Source of the DNA: Histomonas meleagridis 2922-C6/04-290x
Taxonomy: Eukaryota > Protista > Parabasalia
DNA length: 64,000 nucleotides
Assembly (NCBI GenBank): GCA_020184695.1
Contig: JAANOX010000099.1
Span: 62,001-126,000 of the forward strand
Direction of reading: 5' to 3'
A program made the position numbers and the translations under genes. Positions within the stretch are counted from its first letter, which is position 1. Every line of letters starts with the position of its first letter. Positions 22,756-33,524 of this stretch are shown piece by piece. Below the pieces are notes generated by a model. It saw nothing but the letters and a program-made list of their open reading frames with translations, was not told the origin of the DNA and did not search any database.

Positions 22756-25602
22756 ATGATGAAAATCAGAATGTGTCAGCTTGAACAAACATCGATAATT
22801 GTACGTGTAATTTTATACTTTATCATGTACAGGTATATATTCCTTCCTGATAAAATACAACACTATTACGCACTTTATAGTGATAAATTTTGTATAAATA
22901 TCAAAAAAATTAATCATTATATTCATGATCACTATCAATTGAAAAATGTAATCAAAACATTCAACCAAAAATGTTGTTCATCAATGATCCATTTCTATAA
23001 TCAAAAAACATTATGTGTTTCTTCTGGTGTATGCAAAAATACATATAAATCATTATGTTCAAAAACATCATTAATTCCGAATTATGCTTGTTATATAGAG
23101 GTCAATAGATATTCAAAAAATATTAAAAACAAATATTTTTATCCATTTTATTATCAAAAAATTTCATGTTCTCATTTTTTAGATTTAAAAACTAATTTTA
23201 AATGTTTTTTATATTTATTAGTTGTACTTAATATAATGATAAAATTTTTACTTAAGATATTTTCTAATAATAGAGAAAGAACCAAAGCAGGAATATCTTA
23301 TGCTTATATTTTTATTATCTTATTTTTCTTTCATTCTCTTCAATCATATGATTCTGATACAAAAACACTTACGATAATTGATAGTAGTGATTTTGAAGAT
23401 GAAAACATAAACTATGCAATAAATGTTATAATTGAAGGAGAAATAACTGAGATACCTCGCTCAGCATTTTTTCAATGCGAACAATTAATTTCGGTTGAAA
23501 TTGGTGATTTAGTTTGCTCAATTGGTGACTATGCATTTCGTTTATGTTCTAAATTACGAACAATTTCAATAGGGGGAAATTTAAATACAATAGGGAAGAA
23601 TGCATTTATGTCATGTACTTCTTTATGCAATATTATTATTCCAAATTCGGTTAATTCGATTGGTTCAAATGCTTTTTATGATTGCACAAGCCTTCAGTCC
23701 ATTGAAGTGTCTTCTGAAAATGTATATTATTCTAATTTCGAAGGGGATGGAATACTTTATACCAAGGATCTCACAAGAATTGTATGTTATCCAGCAGGAA
23801 ACGAAAATAAATTTTATGAAAATCCAAATACAGTAAATATTATTGGATCATATTCATTCCAATATTGTCGTTTAGAAAATCTTATAATTTCATCATCTGT
23901 TACTTCGATTGAAGAATATGCATTTCGCCATTGTAAATTATTAGTATCAATAATAATTCCAAATTCTGTAACAACAATAGAAAGATATGGTTTATCTTAT
24001 ATATCTCCTATAAAACATATTGATATTCCGAATTCTATAAAAACTCTTAAGAATGGTTTATTTGCCAGTACTTCGATAGTAAGTGTTACGATTCCAAATT
24101 CGGTATCTTCAATTGAAGACGAGGTATTTAGCTATTGTTCTTCATTATTAAATTTAACACTTCCAAATTCAATTGAATATATTGGAGAAAATGTTTTTGA
24201 AAGTTGTACAAAACTTCAATTTATTAAAGTTTCTGATGAAAATTTATATTATTCTAATTATAACAACGATTACGTCCTTTATAATAAACAATTTACTTCA
24301 ATCATTTGTTATCCTGCAGGAAACGAAAATGAAATATTTGAAATTCCGAAGTCAGTTACAAAATTTAAATGCTATTCATTTGCATGCTCTAATTTAAAAA
24401 GTATCACAATTCCAAATAATGTTAATTCGATTGGAGAATATGCATTTGAATATTGTACTAGATTATCAAGGGTTGATATATCAAATTCAGTAAATACAAT
24501 CAAAGATTTTACATTTCTATCTTGTTATTCTTTAAGAAATGTTAAAATTCCAAATTCTGTGATTTCAATTGGCTTACTTTCATTTTTTGGTTGTCGTGAA
24601 TTGCAAAGTATTATAATTCCAGAATCTATAACCACAATTAAATCTAGTGCCTTTGATTCATGTATTAAACTTCAATGTATTTATTACTTAGGTGAAAATG
24701 AGCCAGAAATGTTATTTGAAAATTTTCACTATGTTCCTGCAACATGTGTTATGACATCATCTCAATATAAAGGTGAAAAATTTGGCACTTTAAATGTTTC
24801 AAAAGGTACAACAATTGAAGAATGTCCAGAGATTACATTTCCGACACTCCTTTTTACTGAATCAAATTCATTTACCAAATCAAATACATATACTCAATCA
24901 AATACATTTACCAAATCAAATACATATACTGAATCAAATACATTTACCAACTCAAATACATATACTGAATCAAATACATTTACCAAATCAAATACATACA
25001 CTGAATCAAATACATTTGCTCAATCAAATACATATACTCAATCAAATACATATACTCAATCAAATACATTTACTCAATCAAATACATTTACCAAATCAAA
25101 TACATATACTGAATCAAATACATTCACAGGTTCACTTCCACCAGATTCGAGATTGACAAACTTTGTAACTTTTACTCATTCCTTAATAATTACTCAAACA
25201 ATAACCATTAAAAATTCCTTTTTATCAAACACTGTTTTTCTTATAATTAATGGTTCTTCAGTTACTTATATTTTCACAAAGCATATTTTTTATGATTATG
25301 AAGTGATAAAATATTCGACTTATTATATTTTTTATTCGAATTTTTATTCTATTATTGTAAGCAGTGATTTAGAAGACAAAAGCAACAAATTAAGTAATGA
25401 AGCTTTGATAGGATTAATTTGTGGTGCAATTGCTGTGGTTCTTTTGATTATTGGAATTATTATTTTTGTGATAAAACGCAGTAAAAATAAATTAGTTATA
25501 AGATCTAACATAAGCAATAAGAGTTCTTCTTCCAGCGAATTTGAAATTGCTGATCAAAATCTAAATCAACATGTGATTAATGATCATGATCAATGGATTT
25601 GA
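22756..25602 (+). CDS. BspA-like (TpLRR) leucine-rich repeat surface protein with Ser/Thr stalk, one TM helix and a short cytoplasmic tail; true start uncertain
   Basis: Repeats such as IIIPNSVNSIGSNAFYDCTSLQSI; 'YSNFEGDGILYTKDLTRIVCYPAG' inserts; TM LIGLICGAIAVVLLIIGIIIFVI. Confidence 0.9.
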   Translation: MMKIRMCQLEQTSIIVRVILYFIMYRYIFLPDKIQHYYALYSDKFCINIKKINHYIHDHYQLKNVIKTFNQKCCSSMIHFYNQKTLCVSSGVCKNTYKSLCSKTSLIPNYACYIEVNRYSKNIKNKYFYPFYYQKISCSHFLDLKTNFKCFLYLLVVLNIMIKFLLKIFSNNRERTKAGISYAYIFIILFFFHSLQSYDSDTKTLTIIDSSDFEDENINYAINVIIEGEITEIPRSAFFQCEQLISVEIGDLVCSIGDYAFRLCSKLRTISIGGNLNTIGKNAFMSCTSLCNIIIPNSVNSIGSNAFYDCTSLQSIEVSSENVYYSNFEGDGILYTKDLTRIVCYPAGNENKFYENPNTVNIIGSYSFQYCRLENLIISSSVTSIEEYAFRHCKLLVSIIIPNSVTTIERYGLSYISPIKHIDIPNSIKTLKNGLFASTSIVSVTIPNSVSSIEDEVFSYCSSLLNLTLPNSIEYIGENVFESCTKLQFIKVSDENLYYSNYNNDYVLYNKQFTSIICYPAGNENEIFEIPKSVTKFKCYSFACSNLKSITIPNNVNSIGEYAFEYCTRLSRVDISNSVNTIKDFTFLSCYSLRNVKIPNSVISIGLLSFFGCRELQSIIIPESITTIKSSAFDSCIKLQCIYYLGENEPEMLFENFHYVPATCVMTSSQYKGEKFGTLNVSKGTTIEECPEITFPTLLFTESNSFTKSNTYTQSNTFTKSNTYTESNTFTNSNTYTESNTFTKSNTYTESNTFAQSNTYTQSNTYTQSNTFTQSNTFTKSNTYTESNTFTGSLPPDSRLTNFVTFTHSLIITQTITIKNSFLSNTVFLIINGSSVTYIFTKHIFYDYEVIKYSTYYIFYSNFYSIIVSSDLEDKSNKLSNEALIGLICGAIAVVLLIIGIIIFVIKRSKNKLVIRSNISNKSSSSSEFEIADQNLNQHVINDHDQWI
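24858..25127 (+). repeat. 18-bp coding tandem repeat (SNT[F/Y]T[K/Q/E]), about 15 copies, stalk of the BspA protein
   Basis: tcaaatacat(t/a)tac(c/t)(a/c/g)aa units are directly visible. Confidence 0.9.
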
Positions 25603-26159
25603 CCTTATATTAAATTTTTAATTTCAAGAATGAAAAATTCATATTTTTTTTTTTAGATAAATTTGGATTATCACATTTTTTTCATCTAAAATTGATTTAA
25701 ATTTTTCGTGTTGATAAATTTATTGAGATTAATATAGTTTATATTATTGAAATTATCAAATTTAAATTAGTCAGATTAGTATGATATTTTGACTTTAAAA
25801 TATTAACTTTAAGTATGTTTGAACATATTTTTCGTTGGCAAAAAGCTTGGATTTACAGTCGACTCGAATTAAGTAACTTGAGTTGTTTCTGTTTGCCGGT
25901 TATGTCAAACTTTTTCAATCAAGGCAACCGTTTGCGATTCGTTTCTCACTTTTTGTATGCTAATTAGCACAGAATTAACATAAACCACTCGTTGATAAAA
26001 GTGTCAATACTTCAATATAAAAAATATTAGGTGAGATTTTGCAAAATCGTTGTGACACCCCGATAAGTCAAATGTGTGTTCGAAGTAAATCTCGTCACTT
26101 TTTATTTATTAGAATTTTTGTTTAGTTTACTTGTTATACATAATATTCATTGATATCAA

Positions 26160-29100
26160 ATGAATTTACCTTTTAGAAGCAAAAGAAAAATAAAAGGCAA
26201 TAATAACGAAAACATGGAAACATTACAGTCTATTGAACAAATTATTTTTGATTTAAATGAAGAAAATATTAATGAATCTGTCGGTTTGATTATGAATATT
26301 TTTTCCAAAGAATATTCTTATTCATTTAATTTAGCTATTTGCAGATTCTTGTATTCATATTTTGTATCAAAAGATAATTATAAATTATGTTTTGATTTTT
26401 TAAAAATAGTTCAAACAAAAGAAAGAGAAATTATGGGCAATACATGTAAATCTATTATAGATATTTTTATAGATCATCTTCTTATTTATAAAGAAACTCA
26501 AGAATCAAGTTATATTCTTGAAAAAATGGTTGAAAACGAAATGATTTGTACAGACAAACTCAGGTACAAAAAATTACCATATTTTGTGTATATAAACGAT
26601 GAAAATGATTTATATAAAACAGATTTTAGTGATTTCATATCAGAACATTATGATGAACTATCAAATAATGATTGGGAACTTCATAAAAAATTAATTAAAG
26701 AAGGAATTAATCCAGGTGAACTTGCGAAAATAATCCGAAATGATGAAATCGAAAGACTTCAAGAAATATCATCAAGAGAAAATTTTGATTTTAATCAAAC
26801 AATTGAACCATCACTTTATGAAAGATGTTCATTTATTAATAATAAAAATATAACATTAATTGATTATGCAGCATTTTTTGGAGCAGTTAAATGTTTTAGA
26901 TATTTTCTATTAAATGAGTGCAAAACAACAAATACAGGGAAATATGCAGCTGCAGGTGGTAACTTAGAGGTAATTCATTTATGTGAACAAAATCATTTAA
27001 AATTTGGAGATGCATGTAAAGCGTTAATTATGCTTCATCGGAATGATGTATTTAATTATCTTTATGAAAACAAATTAATTGAAATTAAATTTTTAGTTTC
27101 GTTAGGGAAAAAATGTATTACAAACAACAACTTTGAAATTTTCTCATTTTTAGAAAGTAAAGGAATGGAAATTGATAAGTCATTTATGATTAAGGCAATT
27201 CAAACTGGTAATTTATTTCTTTTAAAATATTTACTTCAAAAAAAGCCTACTAAAATATATGTTTATGAGATTTTGACATTTTCGGGAAATGATGAAGTTT
27301 TAAATTACCTTAAAAGCAATAGATATATTAAGTTTAAGTATGAAAAATGTTAATAATTTTTATTTATTTTTATTTATATATTATAATTGCATATTTTATT
27401 TGGAATTTATTCAAAATATTTGAATCTGCACTATGTAAAGCAGCTGGTAAGGGCTACATTGATTTAGTAAAAGTAATTCTTGAACATATTGGACTCCACA
27501 TAGCTCATAAAAAAATTTGTTTAAAAGTTTTGATATATTTATTAAAAAGTTAAAATTTGAACTTAATATTTGTTGAAGCACTATTCGAAGCAGTTCAATG
27601 TGGTAGATTAGATGTAGTGAAGTTAATTTTTGAAAAGAAGTATATCGATGTTAAAACAAGAGAAATTTCTTTATAATATTACCTATTTATATTAATTATT
27701 TGTAATTTGTTTATTAAATTATTCGTTTCAAAGTGCGATTTGGGAATTATTTTAAATATTTAAAACAATATTTTTATGTGCAGCTCAAATAGGTAATGCT
27801 GATTTAGTTAAATATCTTCTTGATAATTTTCACGATGAGATTGATATCAACTATAAAGATATTTAATTATTTCATTTAAAATATATTTTAATAATATTAT
27901 GTTTCAAAATAATATTTGCAAATTATTCATATCATTTGAAACAGCACTTATAAAAGCAGCTGTTACTAAAGAAGGTAATGTTCATGTAGTTAAATTACTT
28001 CTTGAACAAGAAAATATTGATCTTAATGCTGTTGCTGTTTATAAATTTTATTCAGAATTTATTGTAATAATTTCACATTTTGAAATAATATTTGATGACT
28101 ATTTGATTTATTTATGTCAGCACTTATGCTGGCTGCTGAAAAAGGGAATTCGAGAGTGGTTCAATTACTTCTTGAACAAAAAAAATGTGATGTAAATATT
28201 AAAAATATTTATTTACTTTACGTATAAATTATTTAAATTATTTGATGTTCAATAAAAAAAATTGGAAATTATTAAATTTTTTTAAAACAGCACTTAGTTT
28301 AGCTGTTAAAAATGGCCATTATAAAGTAGTTAAATTACTTCTTGATAGAAAAGATCTTGATGTTAATGCTAAAGATATTTGTTTGTTTGATTTAAAATTT
28401 GTTTTAATAATATGATGTTTTGAAATAAAATTTGGAAATTATTTATATTATTTAGAACAGCGCTTATGTTTGCTATTATAGGTGGTTATAAAGATATAGT
28501 TAAATTACTTATTGAACAAAAGGGAATTGATATTAATGCAAAAGATATTCAATTATTTTATTTGTAATTTGTTTTGATAATATGATATATCAAAATAATA
28601 TTTGGAAATTATTTGGATTATTTCGTACAGCATTTATGTTTGCATCTGAAAGTGGTAATTTAGAAACTGTTCAATTCTTTCTTGAACAAAAGGGAATTGA
28701 TATTAATGCAAAAGATATTCAATTATTTTATTTGATATATGTTTTGATAATTTCATATTTCAAAATAATATTTGGAAATTATTTGGATTATTTGAAACAG
28801 CACTTATGTATGCATCAGAAAATGGTAATTTAGAAACTGTTCAGTTACTTCTTGAACAAAAGGGAATTGATATTAATGCGAAAGATATTTATTCATTTTA
28901 TTTAGGATTTATTTTTATATATTGGAATTTCATATTAATATTTGGAAATTATTTATAATATTTAATACAGCACTTCTTTTAGCAACTAAAAATGGTCACA
29001 AAGAAACAGTTCAATTACTTCTTGAGCAAGAAGAAATTGATATTAATGCTTGTGATATACAATTATTTTATTAAATGATTAATTTTATAATATGGTATTT

Positions 29101-29698
29101 CAATATAGTTTTTAAAAATAATTCTGATCATTTAATTCAGCACTTATTTCTGCAGCACAAAATGATTACTTAGAAATAATTCAAATGCTTCTTAAAAAAG
29201 AAGGAATTAATACTAACATTCAAAATACGCATTTGTTCTGTTGATAGTTGAACTTCGTTTTTTATATTTAGAAATTATATAAGTTATTTAATACAGCACT
29301 TTTATATGCATCTCAAAATGGTAATACAGAAATTGTTAAATTGCTTCTCAAACAAAATGGAATCGATGTTAATATTAAAAACATTAATTTATTTTATTTA
29401 AAACTTATTTTAATAATTTCTTATTCCAAAATAATATTTGGAAATTATTTGAAATATTTTGGACAGCAATTATGATGGCTTCTAAAAATGGTTATATTGA
29501 AATAGTGAAATTACTTCTTGAAAAAAAAGGAATTGATATCACTGTTAAAGGTATTTGTTTAATTCATATTATATTTTTATTAATAATTTGATATTTCAAA
29601 ATAATACTTGGAAATTATTTAAATTATTTAATACAGCACTTCTCTTGGCAACTAAAAATGGGCACACAGATATCGCTCAATTACTTGAAAACCAATAA
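26160..29698 (+). CDS. DUF3447-ankyrin repeat protein, gene A; coding sequence split by 14 non-canonical spacers (about 866 aa if they are excised)
   Basis: Uninterrupted first 1185 nt with a DUF3447-like region (TLIDYAAFFGAVKCFRYFLL...AAAGGNLEVIHLCEQ). Then 90-96-nt stop-free ankyrin pieces (TAL..A...G...IV.LLLEQ.GIDINAKD) separated by spacers. The last piece TALLLATKNGHTDIAQLLENQ ends in TAA at 29696-29698. Confidence 0.8.
27345..29632 (+). other. Array of 14 putative non-canonical stem-loop introns (gene A)
   Basis: Spacers between the D-equivalent and T-equivalent codons: 27345-27424, 27515-27574 (60 nt), 27665-27764 (100), 27861-27940, 28037-28116, 28207-28286, 28377-28456, 28547-28626, 28717-28796, 28887-28966, 29057-29136, 29227-29292 (66), 29383-29462, 29553-29632. 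All are 80 nt unless stated. Confidence 0.75.
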
Positions 29699-30965
29699 AT
29701 TGATTTTACCAAACTAAATATAACCAAATTAAACACAAACTGTTGAAATAATTATTCTCCGATTTTTGTAGTGAGCATTTTGTTTTTTAAGATTACCAAC
29801 GGCTAAAAAAATATTTGCAAAAATTAATGAAAAATTGATTTTTATTCAAACATCAGTAATAAAATTACTTCTTGTCATTCAAATATTTTTCCTTTTATTG
29901 TGAAATTTAAAAGTTTCTATCCATTTACTACCGGCTAATGAATTTGAATCATTTTCTTCAATATCATTACGGGAAAAATATTTTCTGGTTGATTTAATTC
30001 CTTTGGTAATGCGAACTGCTGAGAATAACCGAGCTCGGGGGTTACTTCCTCCATAATCATTGCTAAGAACATCATCATTTTCTTCCAATGATGCTTCTGA
30101 ATAAGTGTCTTTTAAAAATGATGTATAATCTTGGGGTATACTTGTTTGGACGAATCAACGGATACAACAGGTTTTGATAATAAAAAAGTATCAGTAGAAT
30201 CAAATTTATCGTGTTTAAGTTTGATGTTAGGGTTTCTTAAGAGGCACCACGCGAAGCAAAAAATCATTGTTTAAGGGTGTGATAATATTATGACTATGAA
30301 AATTGTTGTCATTTTGACAAATTTGAGAATGTTCAATTCAATCAAGAAGTTCAAATTTTGAAAGAAGGGAGCTTTTTCAGAAGTGTTCTCATGAGAAACG
30401 ATGAACTAAACCACAAGAATGTTGAAAATGTGACTTGAAACAACACTTTGTTTGACGAATTTTATCTCCTTCATTTCCCCGTTTTATGTTAATATACTTT
30501 ACGAAGTAAAAAAGAAAAAAAAATCACAGTTCCTGCATGTAAACAATTTTTTCCTTTCAATTTGAATTGGATTTGGAATACTATTTAAACTAATATATGA
30601 TTATTGAGCATCTCTCTTAATCACAAGAAATACCTTTTACTGATTGAGTAATAATAATAAATTTTGGTGAAGGAGTTAATCAAATTGATTTCTTTTGAGT
30701 TTTATTCTTTAAAATGATTTATAGAAAGTAAAAAATTGGGGATGATCCAAGTGCTTATACTTGATTAGATATTGCTCTAATCGAATAAAAACGAATTCAG
30801 AGAACTCCACATGCAGAAATCAGTTATCATCGACACTTTATCCTCTATATGTTGACATATTGAGTTATATGAAAACCTTATTGAGGGTGTGACTAATTTT
30901 AAAAAACATTATTTTTCGCAAGATTTGTTGGATGGTGACACTTTTTATCGTTATATATTCAAAAA

Positions 30966-31490
30966 ATGGCATTGTTTAAAAAAGTGCTACGTGTGGCCAC
31001 TTTAGCTGGCATGAGTAACAACAACGAAATTGCAATGGAATTCATTTCTGCATATTACAATAAGCTTGCGTATGCACCAAATGATTTACCAAAGTTTTAC
31101 AATCAGGAAAAAGCTATAATATGGCGTCAATCTATGGAATCACCAAATGGTATTCCTTTTATAGATGCCAAAAAGGATTTGACTCCTCACATAGCTAGAG
31201 GGAGCAAAATCAGTGTGATGGATTATAACATCTTAAATGTTGGAAGTGGCTTTATTTTGAATGTTTTTGGAAAAATTGAAAGTGAAATAACACATAAATT
31301 TGTCCAAACATTTTTCATTGAAACTGTTGAAGGAGACGATTCATCAAGAACTTGTGTAATTTCTGATTCATTCAAGTATGACTTAAGCAATGAAGAAGAA
31401 GAAGCTCTTCAACTCACTGAAATTCCACAACCTAAAAGGCAATATAAACGAAAGAAAAACAACAATAAGTTCGTTTATAAATCTGATTAA
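30966..31490 (+). CDS. NTF2-like domain protein (G3BP/NTF2-type N-terminus); start may be the Met at 31011
   Basis: IAMEFISAYYNKL...LPKFY, then V.G...KFVQTFFI...CVISDSFKY, which is the NTF2 fold pattern. Confidence 0.7.
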   Translation: MALFKKVLRVATLAGMSNNNEIAMEFISAYYNKLAYAPNDLPKFYNQEKAIIWRQSMESPNGIPFIDAKKDLTPHIARGSKISVMDYNILNVGSGFILNVFGKIESEITHKFVQTFFIETVEGDDSSRTCVISDSFKYDLSNEEEEALQLTEIPQPKRQYKRKKNNNKFVYKSD

Positions 31491-31755
31491 ATAGTATGTC
31501 GCCCAAAATTTAATATTTCTTTTATAAATGGAATGTCAGCAAACCGAGTGTGTATTTTGTATTGGTTTTTATTATTTTTGCACTGTGTGCAAAAAAACCT
31601 TAATTTAGAAAAAATATTTTTTTCCAACGATAGAATCGAATGAATGAAAAATCATCGGATTTATATTCAAAAACTGAAGTGTTTGGGATGCTTAAACTTA
31701 GAACATAAAAATGGGAAAAAAATATTAAAAAATTCTAAATTTTACAAAAACAATT

Positions 31756-33483
31756 TCATTTTTTTAAAGCAATTAAACTTTGTGAAAGGGTATTCAATCC
31801 AAACTTCCCATTATCTTCCAGGTCAACTTCATTCATTTCGATGCAATAATTTTTCATTTTTTGTATCATTTCGTGTTCATCATTACTTATTTGAAATGGT
31901 ATATCGATACCATACATTACGAAAGCTCTTATCAAGAATCCCCTTAAATACAACGGGAACTTTAGTATGATTATTGGGTCATATTTTTTAACAATTGTTT
32001 CCATCTCAATGAAGACTGTATTTCCATTTTTTAATCTATTAATAGAATCTTCTAATTCTTCATTTGAAATATCTTTTAACAAAATTGTTTCATCTTTTAT
32101 GTCAGAACCCAAAAGAAAACTTGGCTTATTAACGAAATCAGGATGATATCTATCAAGAGATGCATTAATTTCATCCAATTGTTGTTGACTTATATCTGTT
32201 TCTGAATGATTTACATACTCTTGAAGTTTATTTAATATTAAATTTAATCTTGAATCTGTAGAAATACTTATTACTAAAGCAATTGATTTAATTAATATGT
32301 CCGATGGAATTAAATCAAATATATAATTAGTTAAAAGTTGTATTGACTCGGCAGCATTAAATGAATTCTCTCCTTCAAGTAATTGATCCCCACTTAAAAT
32401 AGAAAAACAAATATTTAATATTTCACTTATCATATCAATCGGAAATTCTTCACATAATGAAAGAACAATCATTAAACACTTTGATCCTTTTTCAAATATT
32501 GTCGAAACATTTGGATAAATTTGCATGATATGAATAACATTATATATAAATTCAAGTACATTTGATGGTGGTTCACCATTTTCAAACATTTCTTCAGATC
32601 GGATTAAAAAATTTATTGCACCGTCAGAAGTTTCTTCTTCGTTTGGTGGTTCTTGTTGAATCATTTCAGGATTTAACTTGGAAAGAACATCAATGCAGAG
32701 AGATTTAATTCCATCATCATGATGCATTGAGCCTGTTTGAACACGTTCAAAAATATTTTGATCAAGTTCTGATAAAAGTTTAAGGATATCAACTGATAAA
32801 TTATGTATTATTTCATTCGTATTTCCTTGCTTAATAGTTATGGCAAAAAGAATACTAAACTCATCTGGTCGTGATGGAATCCCAAGATTAAGTAACGTTT
32901 TTAATAACGTTAACGAGTGTACTTTATTATCATCATCTCCAACAATTATAATGAACCCAAAGTATAAAAGTAAAAAATCTGTTATTGCCAAAATTTGTGA
33001 TTTTCGTATTCTCATCATTCGTTTGATTTGTTGGAAAGGATGCGACAAATTCAAGCTTGCTTGAGTGTTTGCAAAGAAATTTGGTGGATTTGTCACTCTT
33101 TGATTATCTAATCGAGATTGTGGAATCCTTGATTTTCTATTATTATACGTAGTAATAAGATAATTGTATAGTTGAGAAAGTGATTTAGGAAACAAAGATG
33201 AAAAAAATTGTGGAGTAAACAATAACTTTCCTACATTTTTAATATGATTGAAAAGTATTTCAACTTGTTCGGAATTTCCTATTATACGAGGCTTCCCGAT
33301 AAGTTTTTGCGGAATTTTCCGAGCATCAAGCATTTGTTGGGTTGGTGTAATTTTAAAAATTGGTGTGGGAGATTTCAATAATTTTCCATTCGTAAAATTA
33401 GCTATTATTGGTGATGTAAATATGTTCTTTTCACTTGGTCGTAAAGGTGATCTTTTTTGTTTAATTGTTTTTTCTGGATTCAT
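31756..33483 (-). CDS. Hypothetical protein, probably helical-repeat (ARM/HEAT-like)
   Basis: 575-aa ORF with a basic Pro/Ser-rich N-terminus and Leu/Ile-rich amphipathic helices. Fold assignment is inference. Confidence 0.65.
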   Translation of the reverse strand: MNPEKTIKQKRSPLRPSEKNIFTSPIIANFTNGKLLKSPTPIFKITPTQQMLDARKIPQKLIGKPRIIGNSEQVEILFNHIKNVGKLLFTPQFFSSLFPKSLSQLYNYLITTYNNRKSRIPQSRLDNQRVTNPPNFFANTQASLNLSHPFQQIKRMMRIRKSQILAITDFLLLYFGFIIIVGDDDNKVHSLTLLKTLLNLGIPSRPDEFSILFAITIKQGNTNEIIHNLSVDILKLLSELDQNIFERVQTGSMHHDDGIKSLCIDVLSKLNPEMIQQEPPNEEETSDGAINFLIRSEEMFENGEPPSNVLEFIYNVIHIMQIYPNVSTIFEKGSKCLMIVLSLCEEFPIDMISEILNICFSILSGDQLLEGENSFNAAESIQLLTNYIFDLIPSDILIKSIALVISISTDSRLNLILNKLQEYVNHSETDISQQQLDEINASLDRYHPDFVNKPSFLLGSDIKDETILLKDISNEELEDSINRLKNGNTVFIEMETIVKKYDPIIILKFPLYLRGFLIRAFVMYGIDIPFQISNDEHEMIQKMKNYCIEMNEVDLEDNGKFGLNTLSQSLIALKK

Positions 33484-33524
33484 TTTAGTTTGCGATGGTA
33501 AACTTTAGATAAAAAATAAAAAAA

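Noticed and set aside
25850-26110. Moderately GC-raised stretch upstream of ankyrin gene A as an snRNA or mobile-element end
   Set aside because: I could not recognise an Sm site, snRNA motif, terminal inverted repeat or target-site duplication.
27347-28833. Small ORFs 27347-27553, 27899-28195, 28582-28833 and 34889-35083 as separate genes
   Set aside because: They are chance read-throughs of spacer plus one ankyrin exon, and they drift out of the ankyrin frame after each spacer.
27345-29632. CRISPR-like array (regular 170-nt period)
   Set aside because: The context is eukaryotic with no cas genes. Both alternating parts are homologous between units, and one part encodes ankyrin repeats.
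29551-29636. Canonical GT...AG intron reading of the spacers (AAAG|GTATTTG...AATACAG|CACTT)
   Set aside because: GT occurs at this position in only this one spacer. The recurrent 'CAG' is just the Thr-Ala codons ACA-GCA and is absent where they are ACG-GCA, ACA-TCT, ACA-ATA or TCT-GCA. Using it would delete the conserved ankyrin Asp and Thr, and there is no ACTAAC branch motif.
29760-30480. Minus-strand coding-like fragments including ORF 29879-30088
   Set aside because: Short, interrupted by stops, and with no recognisable motif. Possibly a decayed gene, but a call cannot be supported.
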